This document shows positions 1-9,138 of a DNA stretch of 64,000 nucleotides, in pieces (the first letter of the stretch is position 1; the number at the start of each line of letters is the position of its first letter). The notes beneath the pieces were generated by a model. That model worked only from the letters and a program-made list of their open reading frames with translations. It had not been told where the DNA came from and did not search any database. Position numbers and translations under genes: made by a program. Origin of the DNA: Patescibacteria group bacterium. GTDB taxonomy: Bacteria; Patescibacteriota; JAQUNI01. Location of the stretch: assembly GCA_028717685.1 (NCBI GenBank), contig JAQUNI010000001.1:143451-207450 (forward strand). Direction: 5' to 3'.

Positions 1-765
1 CTCGGTGTCTGGCGCGGAAATAATTAAGGGCGTGCGCGCCTCATCAATCAAAATAGAGTCAATTTCGTCAACAATAGCATAACTAAGTTCTCGCTGCACC
101 ATTTGAGAACGCTCCCAGACCATATTATCTCGCAAATAATCAAAGCCAAACTCATTATTCGTGCCATAAGTAACATCGCAAGCATAAGCCTTAGCGCGGG
201 TAACTTCCTCTAAATGAGAATTCACCGCGTCACCCATCTCTACTTGTTCACTAGCGCCGCGCTCCCCTCCCTTACCTTGGTATTGGAAGGCTTTTTCGTG
301 TTGAACACAACCCACCGAGAGTCCAAGTAAATGATAAATCGACCCCATCCATTCGGTATCACGGCGCGCTAAATAATCATTCACCGTAATCACATGCACG
401 CCTTTTCCAGTTAAAGCGTTCAGATAAACAGGCATTGTCGCGGATAAAGTCTTGCCTTCGCCAGTTTTTTGCTCTGCGATCCTGCCTTGATGCAAGACTA
501 TACCCGCTAAAATTTGCACGTCATAAGGCCGCTCCCCCAGACTGCGGCGGCTAGCCTCACGGCAAGCGGCAAAGGCTAAAGGGAGAAGAGTATCTAAATC
601 TTCACCCGCTTTAATTTTCTTTTTCAACTTATCTGTAAAAACGGGGAAATCTTCATCTTTAAATTTTTTGAACTGCGGCTCTAAACGACTCACCTCATCA
701 ACTAATGGCTGCATTTTTTTTAAAACCTTATCGTTAGGGTCGCCGAAAAGTTTAGTGAGAAACAT
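1..765 (-). CDS. secA: Preprotein translocase SecA, N-terminal part (runs off the window edge; not in the ORF track)
   Basis: Manual translation from ATG at 765: [13 protein letters not shown]...[11 protein letters not shown]...[14 protein letters not shown]...[16 protein letters not shown]...[20 protein letters not shown]. Confidence 0.97.
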   Translation of the reverse strand, partial: MFLTKLFGDPNDKVLKKMQPLVDEVSRLEPQFKKFKDEDFPVFTDKLKKKIKAGEDLDTLLPLAFAACREASRRSLGERPYDVQILAGIVLHQGRIAEQKTGEGKTLSATMPVYLNALTGKGVHVITVNDYLARRDTEWMGSIYHLLGLSVGCVQHEKAFQYQGKGGERGASEQVEMGDAVNSHLEEVTRAKAYACDVTYGTNNEFGFDYLRDNMVWERSQMVQRELSYAIVDEIDSILIDEARTPLIISAPDTE

Positions 766-774
766 GGAAAAATT

Positions 775-950
775 AATTTTTAATTTCTAATTTTAAATTT
801 CTATTAAATCTTCAATTCTTTTAATCTTCAAACCTCAAATCTTCCTCAAGCTTTTAATCATACCAAATGCAACAAATCTTATTCTGTAAGAAGTTTAAAA
901 ATTGATTCATTAAAAATTTAATAGAAATTATAAATTGAAAATTAGAAATT
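775..950. repeat. Family A miniature inverted-repeat element (heptamer-periodic arms), copy A1
   Basis: Left arm AATTTCTAATTTTAAATTTCTATTAAAT...AAAC; right arm GTTTAAAAATTGATTCATTAAAAATTTAATAGAAATT...AATTAGAAATT; ~59-nt spacer shared with the copy at 10763. Confidence 0.85.
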
Positions 951-964
951 TATTCTCTATCTGA

Positions 965-1324
965 TTATTTACGCCAACGCCATATCTTCACCCACCTCTT
1001 CCAGCTTCTCTCCTCGCCGCGCTTTTTATCCCGCATCTTGGTTTTAAATTTGCGAATCTCTTGAATCATTTCCTCTCGGCAAATATCAATAGCGGCATAC
1101 AGATCCTGGGCTTCTTCTTTGGTATAAAAACGATTGCCCCTTATTTCCAGCATCACTTCCGCGTAAAAAACATTGCCCTTGCGGTGACGTTTATTGAGCG
1201 CCACTTCTACCCGCGCCAGCTGAATATCATTCAAGAACTTAGCGAGAGACCCGATTTTTTCTTCAATATAACTCTTCATTTTCTCATCCAGATTTAAATT
1301 TTTCGCTCTGACTTTGATTTGCAT
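965..1324 (-). CDS. hpf: Ribosome hibernation factor HPF/RaiA (S30AE family)
   Basis: MQIKVRAKNL...YIEEKIGSL...DLYAAID motif; adjacent to secA; ATG at 1324. Confidence 0.88.
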   Translation of the reverse strand: MQIKVRAKNLNLDEKMKSYIEEKIGSLAKFLNDIQLARVEVALNKRHRKGNVFYAEVMLEIRGNRFYTKEEAQDLYAAIDICREEMIQEIRKFKTKMRDKKRGEERSWKRWVKIWRWRK

Positions 1325-1329
1325 AGACA

Positions 1330-1361
1330 AAAGTTAAAAGTTAAAAGTGAAAAGGTAAAAG
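1330..1361. repeat. Solo heptamer arm (AAAGTTA-type)
   Basis: AAAGTTAAAAGTTAAAAGTGAAAAGGTAAAAG, identical 32-mer at 35942-35973; variants near 7685 and 37748. Confidence 0.8.
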
Positions 1362-1377
1362 TAAATGCTTTTATTTC

Positions 1378-2334
1378 TTATTCAAATCCAATAAATTGAA
1401 CCTCGGTTTCTAAAATTATTCTGTATTTTTTGTACACTTCTTTTCGCACTAAATCAATTAAATCCAAAACATCTTTGGCTTTGGCTTCTCTCTCATTCAC
1501 AATGAAATTGGCGTGCTGCTCGGAAATTGCCGCTCCCCCCATCGTCTTATTCTTTAAGCCCAGTTTTTCAATCAAACAAGCCGCCTTGATTTCACCATAC
1601 TGAACGCATTCAGATGGCACATTTTTTAAAAACCGTTCTCCTTGCTTTAAAGGAATATTTTTAAAAACCGAACCCGCGCAATTCTTATAAGGATGACGCG
1701 CCCGCACTGCTTTAGTCCTTTCAATCTTTTCTAAAATTCTTTCTTTATCTGGAGCGGGCTCAAAGACAAAGAGAGCGTCTAGAATAATATTGTGATTTTT
1801 TTTAAAGGCACTTTCCCGATAGCCAAATTGACACTCCTTTTGGGTATAAATTTTGACCTGCGAATGCTTCGGATCTAAAACCCAAACGGTCTTGACTTTT
1901 TCACCGATAAAATGTCCAAAGGCGCCCGCATTGCCATAAATCGCGCCGCCCACTGTGCCGGGAATGCCAGAGAGATCCTCCAGACCCGCCAAACCTTGAT
2001 TTAATGATTCTCGGATTAACGCTCCCAAAGCCAAACCCGCGCCACAATGAATTTCTCGGCCGCGGCATTCTAGTTCTTGATTGGCAATTTGAATCACTAA
2101 ACCCCGAAAACCGCTATCAGCCACAAGAACATTGCTCCCGCCTCCCAATGTATAATAAGGCAATTTAAAATCCTGGGCTACATCTACCGCCTTTATTATA
2201 TCCTTTTTGTTTTTAGCCGTAAAAAAATAATCTGCCGGTCCCCCAATTTTAAAAGTAGTATATTTTTTTAAATCTTCACTAATCCTTAAACCAGCTAATT
2301 CTTTTCTTAAACCCTTTGAAAAAATGTCTATCAT
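1378..2334 (-). CDS. murB: UDP-N-acetylenolpyruvoylglucosamine reductase
   Basis: TTFKIGGPAD, GGGSNVL, GIPGTVGGAIYGNAGAFG, AGSVFKN, HANFIVN. Confidence 0.96.
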   Translation of the reverse strand: MIDIFSKGLRKELAGLRISEDLKKYTTFKIGGPADYFFTAKNKKDIIKAVDVAQDFKLPYYTLGGGSNVLVADSGFRGLVIQIANQELECRGREIHCGAGLALGALIRESLNQGLAGLEDLSGIPGTVGGAIYGNAGAFGHFIGEKVKTVWVLDPKHSQVKIYTQKECQFGYRESAFKKNHNIILDALFVFEPAPDKERILEKIERTKAVRARHPYKNCAGSVFKNIPLKQGERFLKNVPSECVQYGEIKAACLIEKLGLKNKTMGGAAISEQHANFIVNEREAKAKDVLDLIDLVRKEVYKKYRIILETEVQFIGFE

Positions 2335-2487
2335 TGACTTTGGAATGAAAAATTGTATAATTCAATAATCCCTTTAAAATAGGGAGGTCGAAGCGCCGCT
2401 ATTTTCTAGTATGCGGAGCTGTGATTCTTAAGTCCGATCAATAATTACAAAACACTTAGCGCCTTTCTGAAACTGGAAAGGGAATAA

Positions 2488-2706
2488 ATGGAGGAAATTG
2501 AAATGGATAACATTGTGGATGCCTATGTTGTATCTACAGTTGGAGGAAAAATAGACTGGTACTATTGCCTAATCAAAGACACAGGGAAAAAAATCCTAGC
2601 CCAGGCAAAGCATCAGCAAACGGAAATCCCAAAGGAAACGAAGGTCAAGATCAAACTTGCCACTAATAATGATACCATGGGGACAATAACGGAAATAGCA
2701 CATTAA
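2488..2706 (+). CDS. Small hypothetical protein (possible OB-like beta fold)
   Basis: 72-aa ORF, purine-rich RBS, upstream TTGACT-N16-TATAAT at 2334-2361. Confidence 0.6.
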   Translation: MEEIEMDNIVDAYVVSTVGGKIDWYYCLIKDTGKKILAQAKHQQTEIPKETKVKIKLATNNDTMGTITEIAH

Positions 2707-2789
2707 GAATAATATGCTCACTACAATGGAAAAAATATGAAATCATCTATCCATTGTGGTAAAATGATCTTTTTTCAAGCCAGGAGATA

Positions 2790-4124
2790 TCATAATCCCT
2801 GGTTTTTTAATACTGTTATCAATCGAGGAGTTAACTGATTGATATCCCCCGCGCCCATAATCATGACTACATCGTTACGACGTATATTCTTCAATAAATA
2901 ATGGATGATTTCTGAAAAATGTTCCGAATAAACCGCTTGGGGGCGTTTTCTGCTTATTTCCCGCGCCAGCTTTTGGCTTAAGACGGTTAAATTCGCTTTA
3001 CTGATTTCATCGCGACCCAAAACACCAAAAATTTTCGTAATCATCACACGATCCGCGTCTTGGAAAGCCTCGCTGAATCCCCGAAACAATTTCTCCGTGC
3101 GCTGAATTTGGTGAGGCTGATAAACACACCAAATTCTTCGCTTGCCATATTTCTGCCGCGCCGCCCTCAAGGTCGCCCGAATTTCCGTCGGATGATGAGC
3201 ATAATCATCTATAACTGTCACTTCTTTATCATATTTAATTTCAAACCTCCGCCAAGCGCCGGTATAGCCATCTAGAGCTTTCAAAATTATTTCTTCTTTT
3301 ATACCTAAAACCTTCCCCACTGCAAAAGCCGCTAAGGCATTTTTGACATTGTGCTCGCCGGTAATTTTTAAAGCATGCTCTATTGCCTTCCGCGGTCCTT
3401 TTTCATAATCAATGATTTTGATTCCTTTCTTAACAATGAAACAATGAAACAATGAAACAATATTACTAACGGCAATCAAAAAACCACCTTGCGGCAATAA
3501 TTTCACAAAATTCTTAAAAGCCGCTTGAATATCTTTTAGGTCTTTATAATAGTCAAGGTGGTCCTCTTCAATGTTTGTAATCACGATAATATCTGGATGA
3601 TAATTCAAAAAAGCTCTTTTGTATTCGTCCGCTTCAATCACTAAATATTTGCTTTCGCCCAAACGCGCGTTCGCATTATTTAACTCTTTTAACTTGCTGC
3701 CAATAATAATTGCGGGGTCTAATCCGGCTTTTAACAATATTAAAGAAATCATTCCGGTGGTTGTGGTTTTTCCGTGGGTGCCGGAAACGCAAAGCGTAAA
3801 ATATTTTTTGGTAAGTTCTCCCAGAGCTTCCGGATAAGTGAGACTTCTAATGCCTCGTGCTTTCGCTTCCCGCAATTCAGAATTATTTTCGGAAATGGCT
3901 AAGTTATAAACCACCAAATTAGTATTTAAAGGCAAATTTCCCTTTTGATGTTTGCCAATCTTGACTTGCGCGCCTAATTTTCTTAAATCCTTTATCGTTT
4001 CCGAATCCGCTAAATCTGAACCCGAAATCTTGTATCCTTTTTCTAAATAAATCCGCGCTAAGCCCGAAATTCCAATCCCGCCAATGCCGATAAAATGGAT
4101 TTTCACTTTTTTCTTTATTGACAT
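2790..4124 (-). CDS. murC: UDP-N-acetylmuramate--L-alanine ligase
   Basis: HFIGIGGIGISGLA, GTHGKTTTT, EADE, DHLDYY, DDYAHHPTEI. Confidence 0.96.
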   Translation of the reverse strand: MSIKKKVKIHFIGIGGIGISGLARIYLEKGYKISGSDLADSETIKDLRKLGAQVKIGKHQKGNLPLNTNLVVYNLAISENNSELREAKARGIRSLTYPEALGELTKKYFTLCVSGTHGKTTTTGMISLILLKAGLDPAIIIGSKLKELNNANARLGESKYLVIEADEYKRAFLNYHPDIIVITNIEEDHLDYYKDLKDIQAAFKNFVKLLPQGGFLIAVSNIVSLFHCFIVKKGIKIIDYEKGPRKAIEHALKITGEHNVKNALAAFAVGKVLGIKEEIILKALDGYTGAWRRFEIKYDKEVTVIDDYAHHPTEIRATLRAARQKYGKRRIWCVYQPHQIQRTEKLFRGFSEAFQDADRVMITKIFGVLGRDEISKANLTVLSQKLAREISRKRPQAVYSEHFSEIIHYLLKNIRRNDVVMIMGAGDINQLTPRLITVLKNQGL

Positions 4125-4229
4125 ATAATAAAATATGTTCTATATTCAATGGATTGTTTCTATTGTTTTTGTTCTTTGTAATATATCATATATTGAGGGT
4201 ATTTAACTGCGAAGCGGGAGGTATGGATA

Positions 4230-4670
4230 ATGGCAAAAAGACGAAAAATAGAGATATTATTACTGGCGGCTGCAATAATAGGGATATGGGTGTTTAGTCT
4301 TTACCCCGATCCACCCATAAGAAAGCTATCTTACCAAGAAAAAAGATTCGGCATGATCTTAACAGGAAAGAAATATGTGGACTGCCGAAGTAAGCTACAC
4401 ATCACCTATAAAGATTGGGGGGCAGATGGCAATCTGGATGAGGCGGAAAGAAACAAAATCATCAACGGCAATCTAGTAAAGGAAAAGGTCATATTCACCG
4501 AGACGCAAAGTGAGGCTGAAAAAGGAAACGCGGATGTTGGGGAATTTAACCATTTGGGGAATTTTGTCCCTAAGGATCCTCATAAACGCTATGTCTGGAA
4601 CGAATCACCAGAAGGGCAAACATGGCAAGAAAAGTTTGAAAAATTATTAGAAGATTATAATCGACAATAG
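4230..4670 (+). CDS. Hypothetical protein with N-terminal membrane anchor
   Basis: GGGAGG RBS; hydrophobic N-terminus; TTGACA-N17-TATATT at 4118-4146. Confidence 0.7.
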   Translation: MAKRRKIEILLLAAAIIGIWVFSLYPDPPIRKLSYQEKRFGMILTGKKYVDCRSKLHITYKDWGADGNLDEAERNKIINGNLVKEKVIFTETQSEAEKGNADVGEFNHLGNFVPKDPHKRYVWNESPEGQTWQEKFEKLLEDYNRQ

Positions 4671-4680
4671 GAGGGACAGA

Positions 4681-5283
4681 ATGCAAAAATGGTTGTTGAT
4701 TCTTTGCTTTGCAGCCGTAGTCATGTTCTGCTTTAAGTTGAACACAGCAATTCAAGAAGAGGAGTTCCGATCGCGCAATCTCCTCAATAAAATGCTGGAT
4801 TTGACAGAAGACGCATCGCGTTATGTCAAACCGACAGAGGGAGATTGGAAATATTTTTCTGATCTCGGCTGGGCATTTATGCCGACTGACGGCAAGAACT
4901 GGGCGTATTGGCGGGACAAGCAAGAAAAGGCGCAATTTTTCACCCTCCTTGACCTTGCTCTGTACAAAAATCAGAACAATTTTTATCTACGCCCTTTCCA
5001 ATATCGCAAGGCATATGCCTTCAATCCCGTAAGTATTGATCGAAAAGAGATTCAGAAAGTTGATAATATTCAAAATGAATATGGGAGAATTTGGATAGAA
5101 GTTCAAGAGCCAGGCAGACTGGTTTTCATTGGTCTCACCAAACCTTTAAAATTCCGTCAACCGCGCAAACTCCATTTGGAGATATCAAATCATTATCTTA
5201 TAGAACGCACAAAAGAATCCGGTGCTTTTTACTGGAAGCCAGTAGGTAAATTAAGTACTAAAACTGAGGCAGAAATTCAATGA
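4681..5283 (+). CDS. Hypothetical exported/membrane-anchored protein
   Basis: GGAGG RBS, signal-like N-terminus, followed by a terminator. Confidence 0.7.
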   Translation: MQKWLLILCFAAVVMFCFKLNTAIQEEEFRSRNLLNKMLDLTEDASRYVKPTEGDWKYFSDLGWAFMPTDGKNWAYWRDKQEKAQFFTLLDLALYKNQNNFYLRPFQYRKAYAFNPVSIDRKEIQKVDNIQNEYGRIWIEVQEPGRLVFIGLTKPLKFRQPRKLHLEISNHYLIERTKESGAFYWKPVGKLSTKTEAEIQ

Positions 5284-5291
5284 CTTACAAC

Positions 5292-5318
5292 GCGAGTGTT
5301 CCATCACTCGCTTTTTTT
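5292..5318 (+). terminator. Intrinsic terminator
   Basis: GCGAGTG-TTCCAT-CACTCGC followed by T7. Confidence 0.75.
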
Positions 5319-5409
5319 ATCCTGCATCTTTTTGAATAATACCAGCCAGCCCAGGTTAAAGGACAGGGTGGATGAATCTGACTACCCTGTCTGACGAAAG
5401 GTGTGGGAT

Positions 5410-6504
5410 TTATTTTTCCAAAATCTCGGAAGCGATCTTTCGAGCCGCATCAAACTTAGCTAAACCTTTAGCTTTCTTTCTCATTGTTTCAAGCTGATTG
5501 GGATTTTTAAATAAACTTGTAATCAAACTAATCAATTTCCGCGAAGTTAAATCTTTTTGTTCTAAAATAATACTCGCCCCTCTTTTTTCAAAAATCTTAG
5601 CATTAGCGAGCTGGTGATCAGAAGCAGCAGACGGCAAAGGGATTAAAATTGACGGCTTAGCGCAAGCCGCAATCTCCGCCAAAGAATTAGCACCGGCGCG
5701 GGAGATGATAAGATCAGCAATAGAATAAGCCAAAGCTATTTTCTCCCCATCTAAATAAGAATAAGACCGATAGTCCCTCATTTTTCCCTTTGCTGGTTCA
5801 AGTCTCTGACTTGAACCGGATTGTACCCCTGTCAAATGAACAATCTGATATCCCTTTAACTTTCCCAATAATTTCCGAATTAAATCGTTAATAAACCGCG
5901 CGCCTTGGCTGCCGCCCATCGCCAAAATAGTTGGCTTGTCTTTCGACAAATGAAAAAAATCGCGCGCCTTTACAGGGTCACCCTTCAAAATTTCCTGCCG
6001 CACAGGATTGCCAGTAAAAATATATTTACCCTGTAAAGACTTGGCAGATAGCTTCTCCGCAGAATGCGCATTAAATCCCAATAAAACTTTACTCGCCAAG
6101 TGCGCCGCGATTCTATTTGCAAGCCCTGGCACCGCATCAGATTCATGGACAATAATTTTTTTATGCAAAATCCAAGCGGCGATTACGACGGGTAGACTCA
6201 CATAACCACCCTTACTAAAAATCACATTGGGCTTAAATCCCAGAATCAAGAAAAAACTTTGAAAAATCCCCGCCGGAATCTTGAAAAAATCAATCAAATT
6301 CCAAAAAGAAAAATAACGCCTGAACTTGCCACAGGCGATTTTTTGAAAAGGGATATGATTTTCTCTCGCTGCTCGCTCCTCGGGATGGTCATCTCCCAGC
6401 CAAAACAATTTCAAATCTTTCCTTTGTCTCACGAGTTCCCGAACCACAGCGACAATAGGAATTGTATGACCGCCCGTACCGCCGCCAGTAAGAAGAATAC
6501 GCAT
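5410..6504 (-). CDS. murG: Undecaprenyl-PP-MurNAc-pentapeptide GlcNAc transferase
   Basis: TGGGTGGH, KGGYVSLP, HESDAVPGLAN, TGNPVR, GGSQGA, SRAGA. Confidence 0.96.
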   Translation of the reverse strand: MRILLTGGGTGGHTIPIVAVVRELVRQRKDLKLFWLGDDHPEERAARENHIPFQKIACGKFRRYFSFWNLIDFFKIPAGIFQSFFLILGFKPNVIFSKGGYVSLPVVIAAWILHKKIIVHESDAVPGLANRIAAHLASKVLLGFNAHSAEKLSAKSLQGKYIFTGNPVRQEILKGDPVKARDFFHLSKDKPTILAMGGSQGARFINDLIRKLLGKLKGYQIVHLTGVQSGSSQRLEPAKGKMRDYRSYSYLDGEKIALAYSIADLIISRAGANSLAEIAACAKPSILIPLPSAASDHQLANAKIFEKRGASIILEQKDLTSRKLISLITSLFKNPNQLETMRKKAKGLAKFDAARKIASEILEK

Positions 6505-6510
6505 TGATAA

Positions 6511-6585
6511 CGAATTACGAATTTCGAATCACGAATTACGGAAAACCAATTTATAACCGTGATTCGTAATTCTTAATTCGTGAAT
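6511..6585. repeat. GAATTAC/GAATCAC heptamer inverted-repeat element
   Basis: CGAATTACGAATTTCGAATCACGAATTACGG...CCGTGATTCGTAATTCTTAATTCG fills the ftsW-murG gap. Confidence 0.85.
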
Positions 6586-6588
6586 CGA

Positions 6589-7677
6589 CTACACTGTCTG
6601 TTTTGAGATATTTGTCAAAATCCCTACCGCGACCAAAGAAATCACCATAGCAGATCCGCCATAACTAATCAAGGGCAAAGGAACCCCCGTTAAAGGGATT
6701 AAACCACTTAAAGCCAGAATATTCATAAAAGCCTGAAAACAAAGCCAAGAAGTGATCCCGCCAGCAAGCAACCGACCAAAGCTATCAGGACTCCCACGCG
6801 CAATCTTAAAACCTTGGTAAGTTAAAAAAGAAAAAATAAACACTAAAAAGGAAACCCTGAGGAAGCCCAGCTCCTCACAGATGACCGCAAAAATAGAATC
6901 TCCGGCGACCTCGGGTAAATAACTATATTTCTGTCTAGACTGGCCAAAACCCAAACCCCATAACCCTCCCGAACCTTCCGCAATTAGAGCTTGATTTAAA
7001 TGGTAGCCAATCCCCTGGGGATCCGTTTCGGGATTGCGGAAAACAACAAAACGATTCATCCTATAAGGCGCAATCACAATCAGAAGCCAAAAAGTTAAAG
7101 CCAAGATACCGCCAATCATCGCTAAATGAGAGAAGCGGGCGCCGGCTAGATAGAAAACAATCACAGAGGTGAGTAAAATAATAGATAAAGTGCCTAGGTC
7201 TGGTTGCAACACAATTAAAAAACTCACCACCCCCAAAATAGCTAAAAAGGGCAGAAAACCATATTGGAAATGGGGGACCTGCTCGCGTTTTTTTGAAAGC
7301 CAAGTAGCCAGATAGATGACAAAGGTGAGTTTAAGTAATTCTGTGGGTTGAAAAGAGAAATGACCGGCTCCAATCCAGCGCCGCGCTCCCTTAAAACCCA
7401 ATCCGATTCCAGGAATAAACACTAAAATTAAAAGGATCAAAGAAATAATTAAAGCGAGAAAAGCCCATTTTTGCCACTTGTGATAATCAATTTTCGCAAA
7501 GATGAGCCAAGCGATAAAACCTAAAAGCGCACCAAAAAAAAATTGGTGGCGCAGATAATAAGCATTGTTGCCGAATCTTTCATAAGACAAAACAGAGCTT
7601 GCGGAACCAATCATCACCAGTCCAAAAATCACCAAGGCGAAAACAGTAATAATCAAGGAATAATTCGGTTTGTGCAT
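6589..7677 (-). CDS. ftsW: SEDS peptidoglycan polymerase FtsW
   Basis: GARRWI, FQPTELLK, LQPDLGT, GFGQSRQK, LPEVAGDSIF, LTGVPLPLISYGGS; next to murG. Confidence 0.93.
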   Translation of the reverse strand: MHKPNYSLIITVFALVIFGLVMIGSASSVLSYERFGNNAYYLRHQFFFGALLGFIAWLIFAKIDYHKWQKWAFLALIISLILLILVFIPGIGLGFKGARRWIGAGHFSFQPTELLKLTFVIYLATWLSKKREQVPHFQYGFLPFLAILGVVSFLIVLQPDLGTLSIILLTSVIVFYLAGARFSHLAMIGGILALTFWLLIVIAPYRMNRFVVFRNPETDPQGIGYHLNQALIAEGSGGLWGLGFGQSRQKYSYLPEVAGDSIFAVICEELGFLRVSFLVFIFSFLTYQGFKIARGSPDSFGRLLAGGITSWLCFQAFMNILALSGLIPLTGVPLPLISYGGSAMVISLVAVGILTNISKQTV

Positions 7678-7683
7678 CAAATC

Positions 7684-7838
7684 AAAGTTAAAAGTTAAAA
7701 GTGCAAAGTTAAAAGTTCAGTTCAAAATTTTAAATTTATTCCTTAAACTTTAAACTAGTAACTGCCTGCCCGCTCACGCGCTTCGCCAGCAGGCTTGTGA
7801 GCAGGCGGGTAACTTTGGACTTTGAATTTTTAACTTGA
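7684..7838. repeat. AAAGTTA-type heptamer inverted element with nested CTGCCTGCCCGCTCAC palindrome
   Basis: Left arm (AAAGTTA)n, right arm (TAACTTT/GACTTT)n; GC-rich insert 7762-7810 also occurs near 59656. Confidence 0.75.
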
Positions 7839-7890
7839 AACTCTTCTTCTATAATAAAAATGAGCCACTTAACTATTCCGTCTATATCCC

Positions 7891-8859
7891 TCATTTCTCT
7901 ATTTCCTTCCTCGTCAACAACCCTGATTGCGCCCCGTAGTCTTTGAGCACGCTGGCGCCATTTTTCACTCCCCACAAAAGCGCTGTCCTTATGTCTTTAC
8001 CCAAAGCAATAGCTCCCAAAAAGGCGGCAGAAAAGGCATCGCCAGCGCCCGTCGTATCCGCAACCTTACTCGCTTTTATCGCCTCTTGAAAGTTTAGTTC
8101 TTTACCATCATAAGCCGATGCTCCTCTGGCCCCTTCTGTGATAACCACGATCTTGGGACCCCAAGAAAAAAGTTCGCGCGCAATATTACCAGCAAGCAAA
8201 GAAAAATTTTTATTCTTGCTTAAAACAAGCTCAATCGCCTCATCCAAAGTTAAAATTAAAATTTCCACATTACGCAAGATCTCTCGCAACCCTTCATACC
8301 CTGAAGACAATTGCGCCAACCCAGGATTAAAGTAAATTTTCATTTTCTTCTTTGCCGCCAAATCTGTTATATCCCTCAACAACTTTAACCATTCGCCAGT
8401 GAGGGAAGAAATGTAGATCCATTTGCTCGCAAATCTTTTACGTCCCAGATTTAAATTATTGCTTGCATTTTTGTCCACAAACACAACATGATCTCCGCCG
8501 CCCTTCTCATCTATAATAACCACGGAGAGATCAGTCCTCTCTTTTCTATCCCAAGAAATGAGCGTCCCGGAAACTTTCGCGGCTTTAAGATTTTTCTTAA
8601 TCTTCAGACCATCCAAGTCGCGGCCCAAGTTCACCCGGCAAGCTACGCGCAAACCTAATTTTGCTAATCCTACCGCCACATTGCAAGCTCCACCTCCAAA
8701 ATTATCATAAGTATGCAGAACCGGAATTTTGGCGCCATATTCAAAACCCAAAAGCTTATTCGCCAATGGATCATGATTGGTGGTAATTAGCTTGCCTGCT
8801 GCGGTGCGGATCACGATATCGCGGGTTGAGCCGCCAAAAGTTACCACATCGTAGTGCAT
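7891..8859 (-). CDS. PfkB-family carbohydrate kinase
   Basis: GGGACNVAVGLAKLG and DTTGAGDAF signatures; clustered with gpmI/eno. Confidence 0.9.
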   Translation of the reverse strand: MHYDVVTFGGSTRDIVIRTAAGKLITTNHDPLANKLLGFEYGAKIPVLHTYDNFGGGACNVAVGLAKLGLRVACRVNLGRDLDGLKIKKNLKAAKVSGTLISWDRKERTDLSVVIIDEKGGGDHVVFVDKNASNNLNLGRKRFASKWIYISSLTGEWLKLLRDITDLAAKKKMKIYFNPGLAQLSSGYEGLREILRNVEILILTLDEAIELVLSKNKNFSLLAGNIARELFSWGPKIVVITEGARGASAYDGKELNFQEAIKASKVADTTGAGDAFSAAFLGAIALGKDIRTALLWGVKNGASVLKDYGAQSGLLTRKEIEK

Positions 8860-8870
8860 AAATTTAAAAT

Positions 8871-9100
8871 TAATCCTTCAACAAATTTCAGGATTAATGC
8901 TGAGCAAAGCCGAAGCATTAACCCTTCAGCAAAGTTCAAAAATAATATTGAACAAAGCCGAGGTATTAAAGTTTCTTTAGGAGTATTCAATCGCGAACCC
9001 CGTTACAGAACTTCGTTCTCTAACCCCATCTAGAAATTTATTTCTAACGGGGCTGACGGTTTTCGCTGACCCCATTAAATGTTTACTATCCAACGGGGTG
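8871..9100. repeat. Cluster of palindromic repeats (TAATGCTGAGC..GAAGCATTA type and CCCCGTTAGAAA..TTTCTAACGGGG type)
   Basis: 8996-9054 matches the reverse complement of 30201-30259 at 54/59 nt; related copies near 21437, 48381 and 56211. Confidence 0.8.
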
Positions 9101-9138
9101 AATAAAATTTACAAAGATGAGAGCCACGGGAGTGTGGA

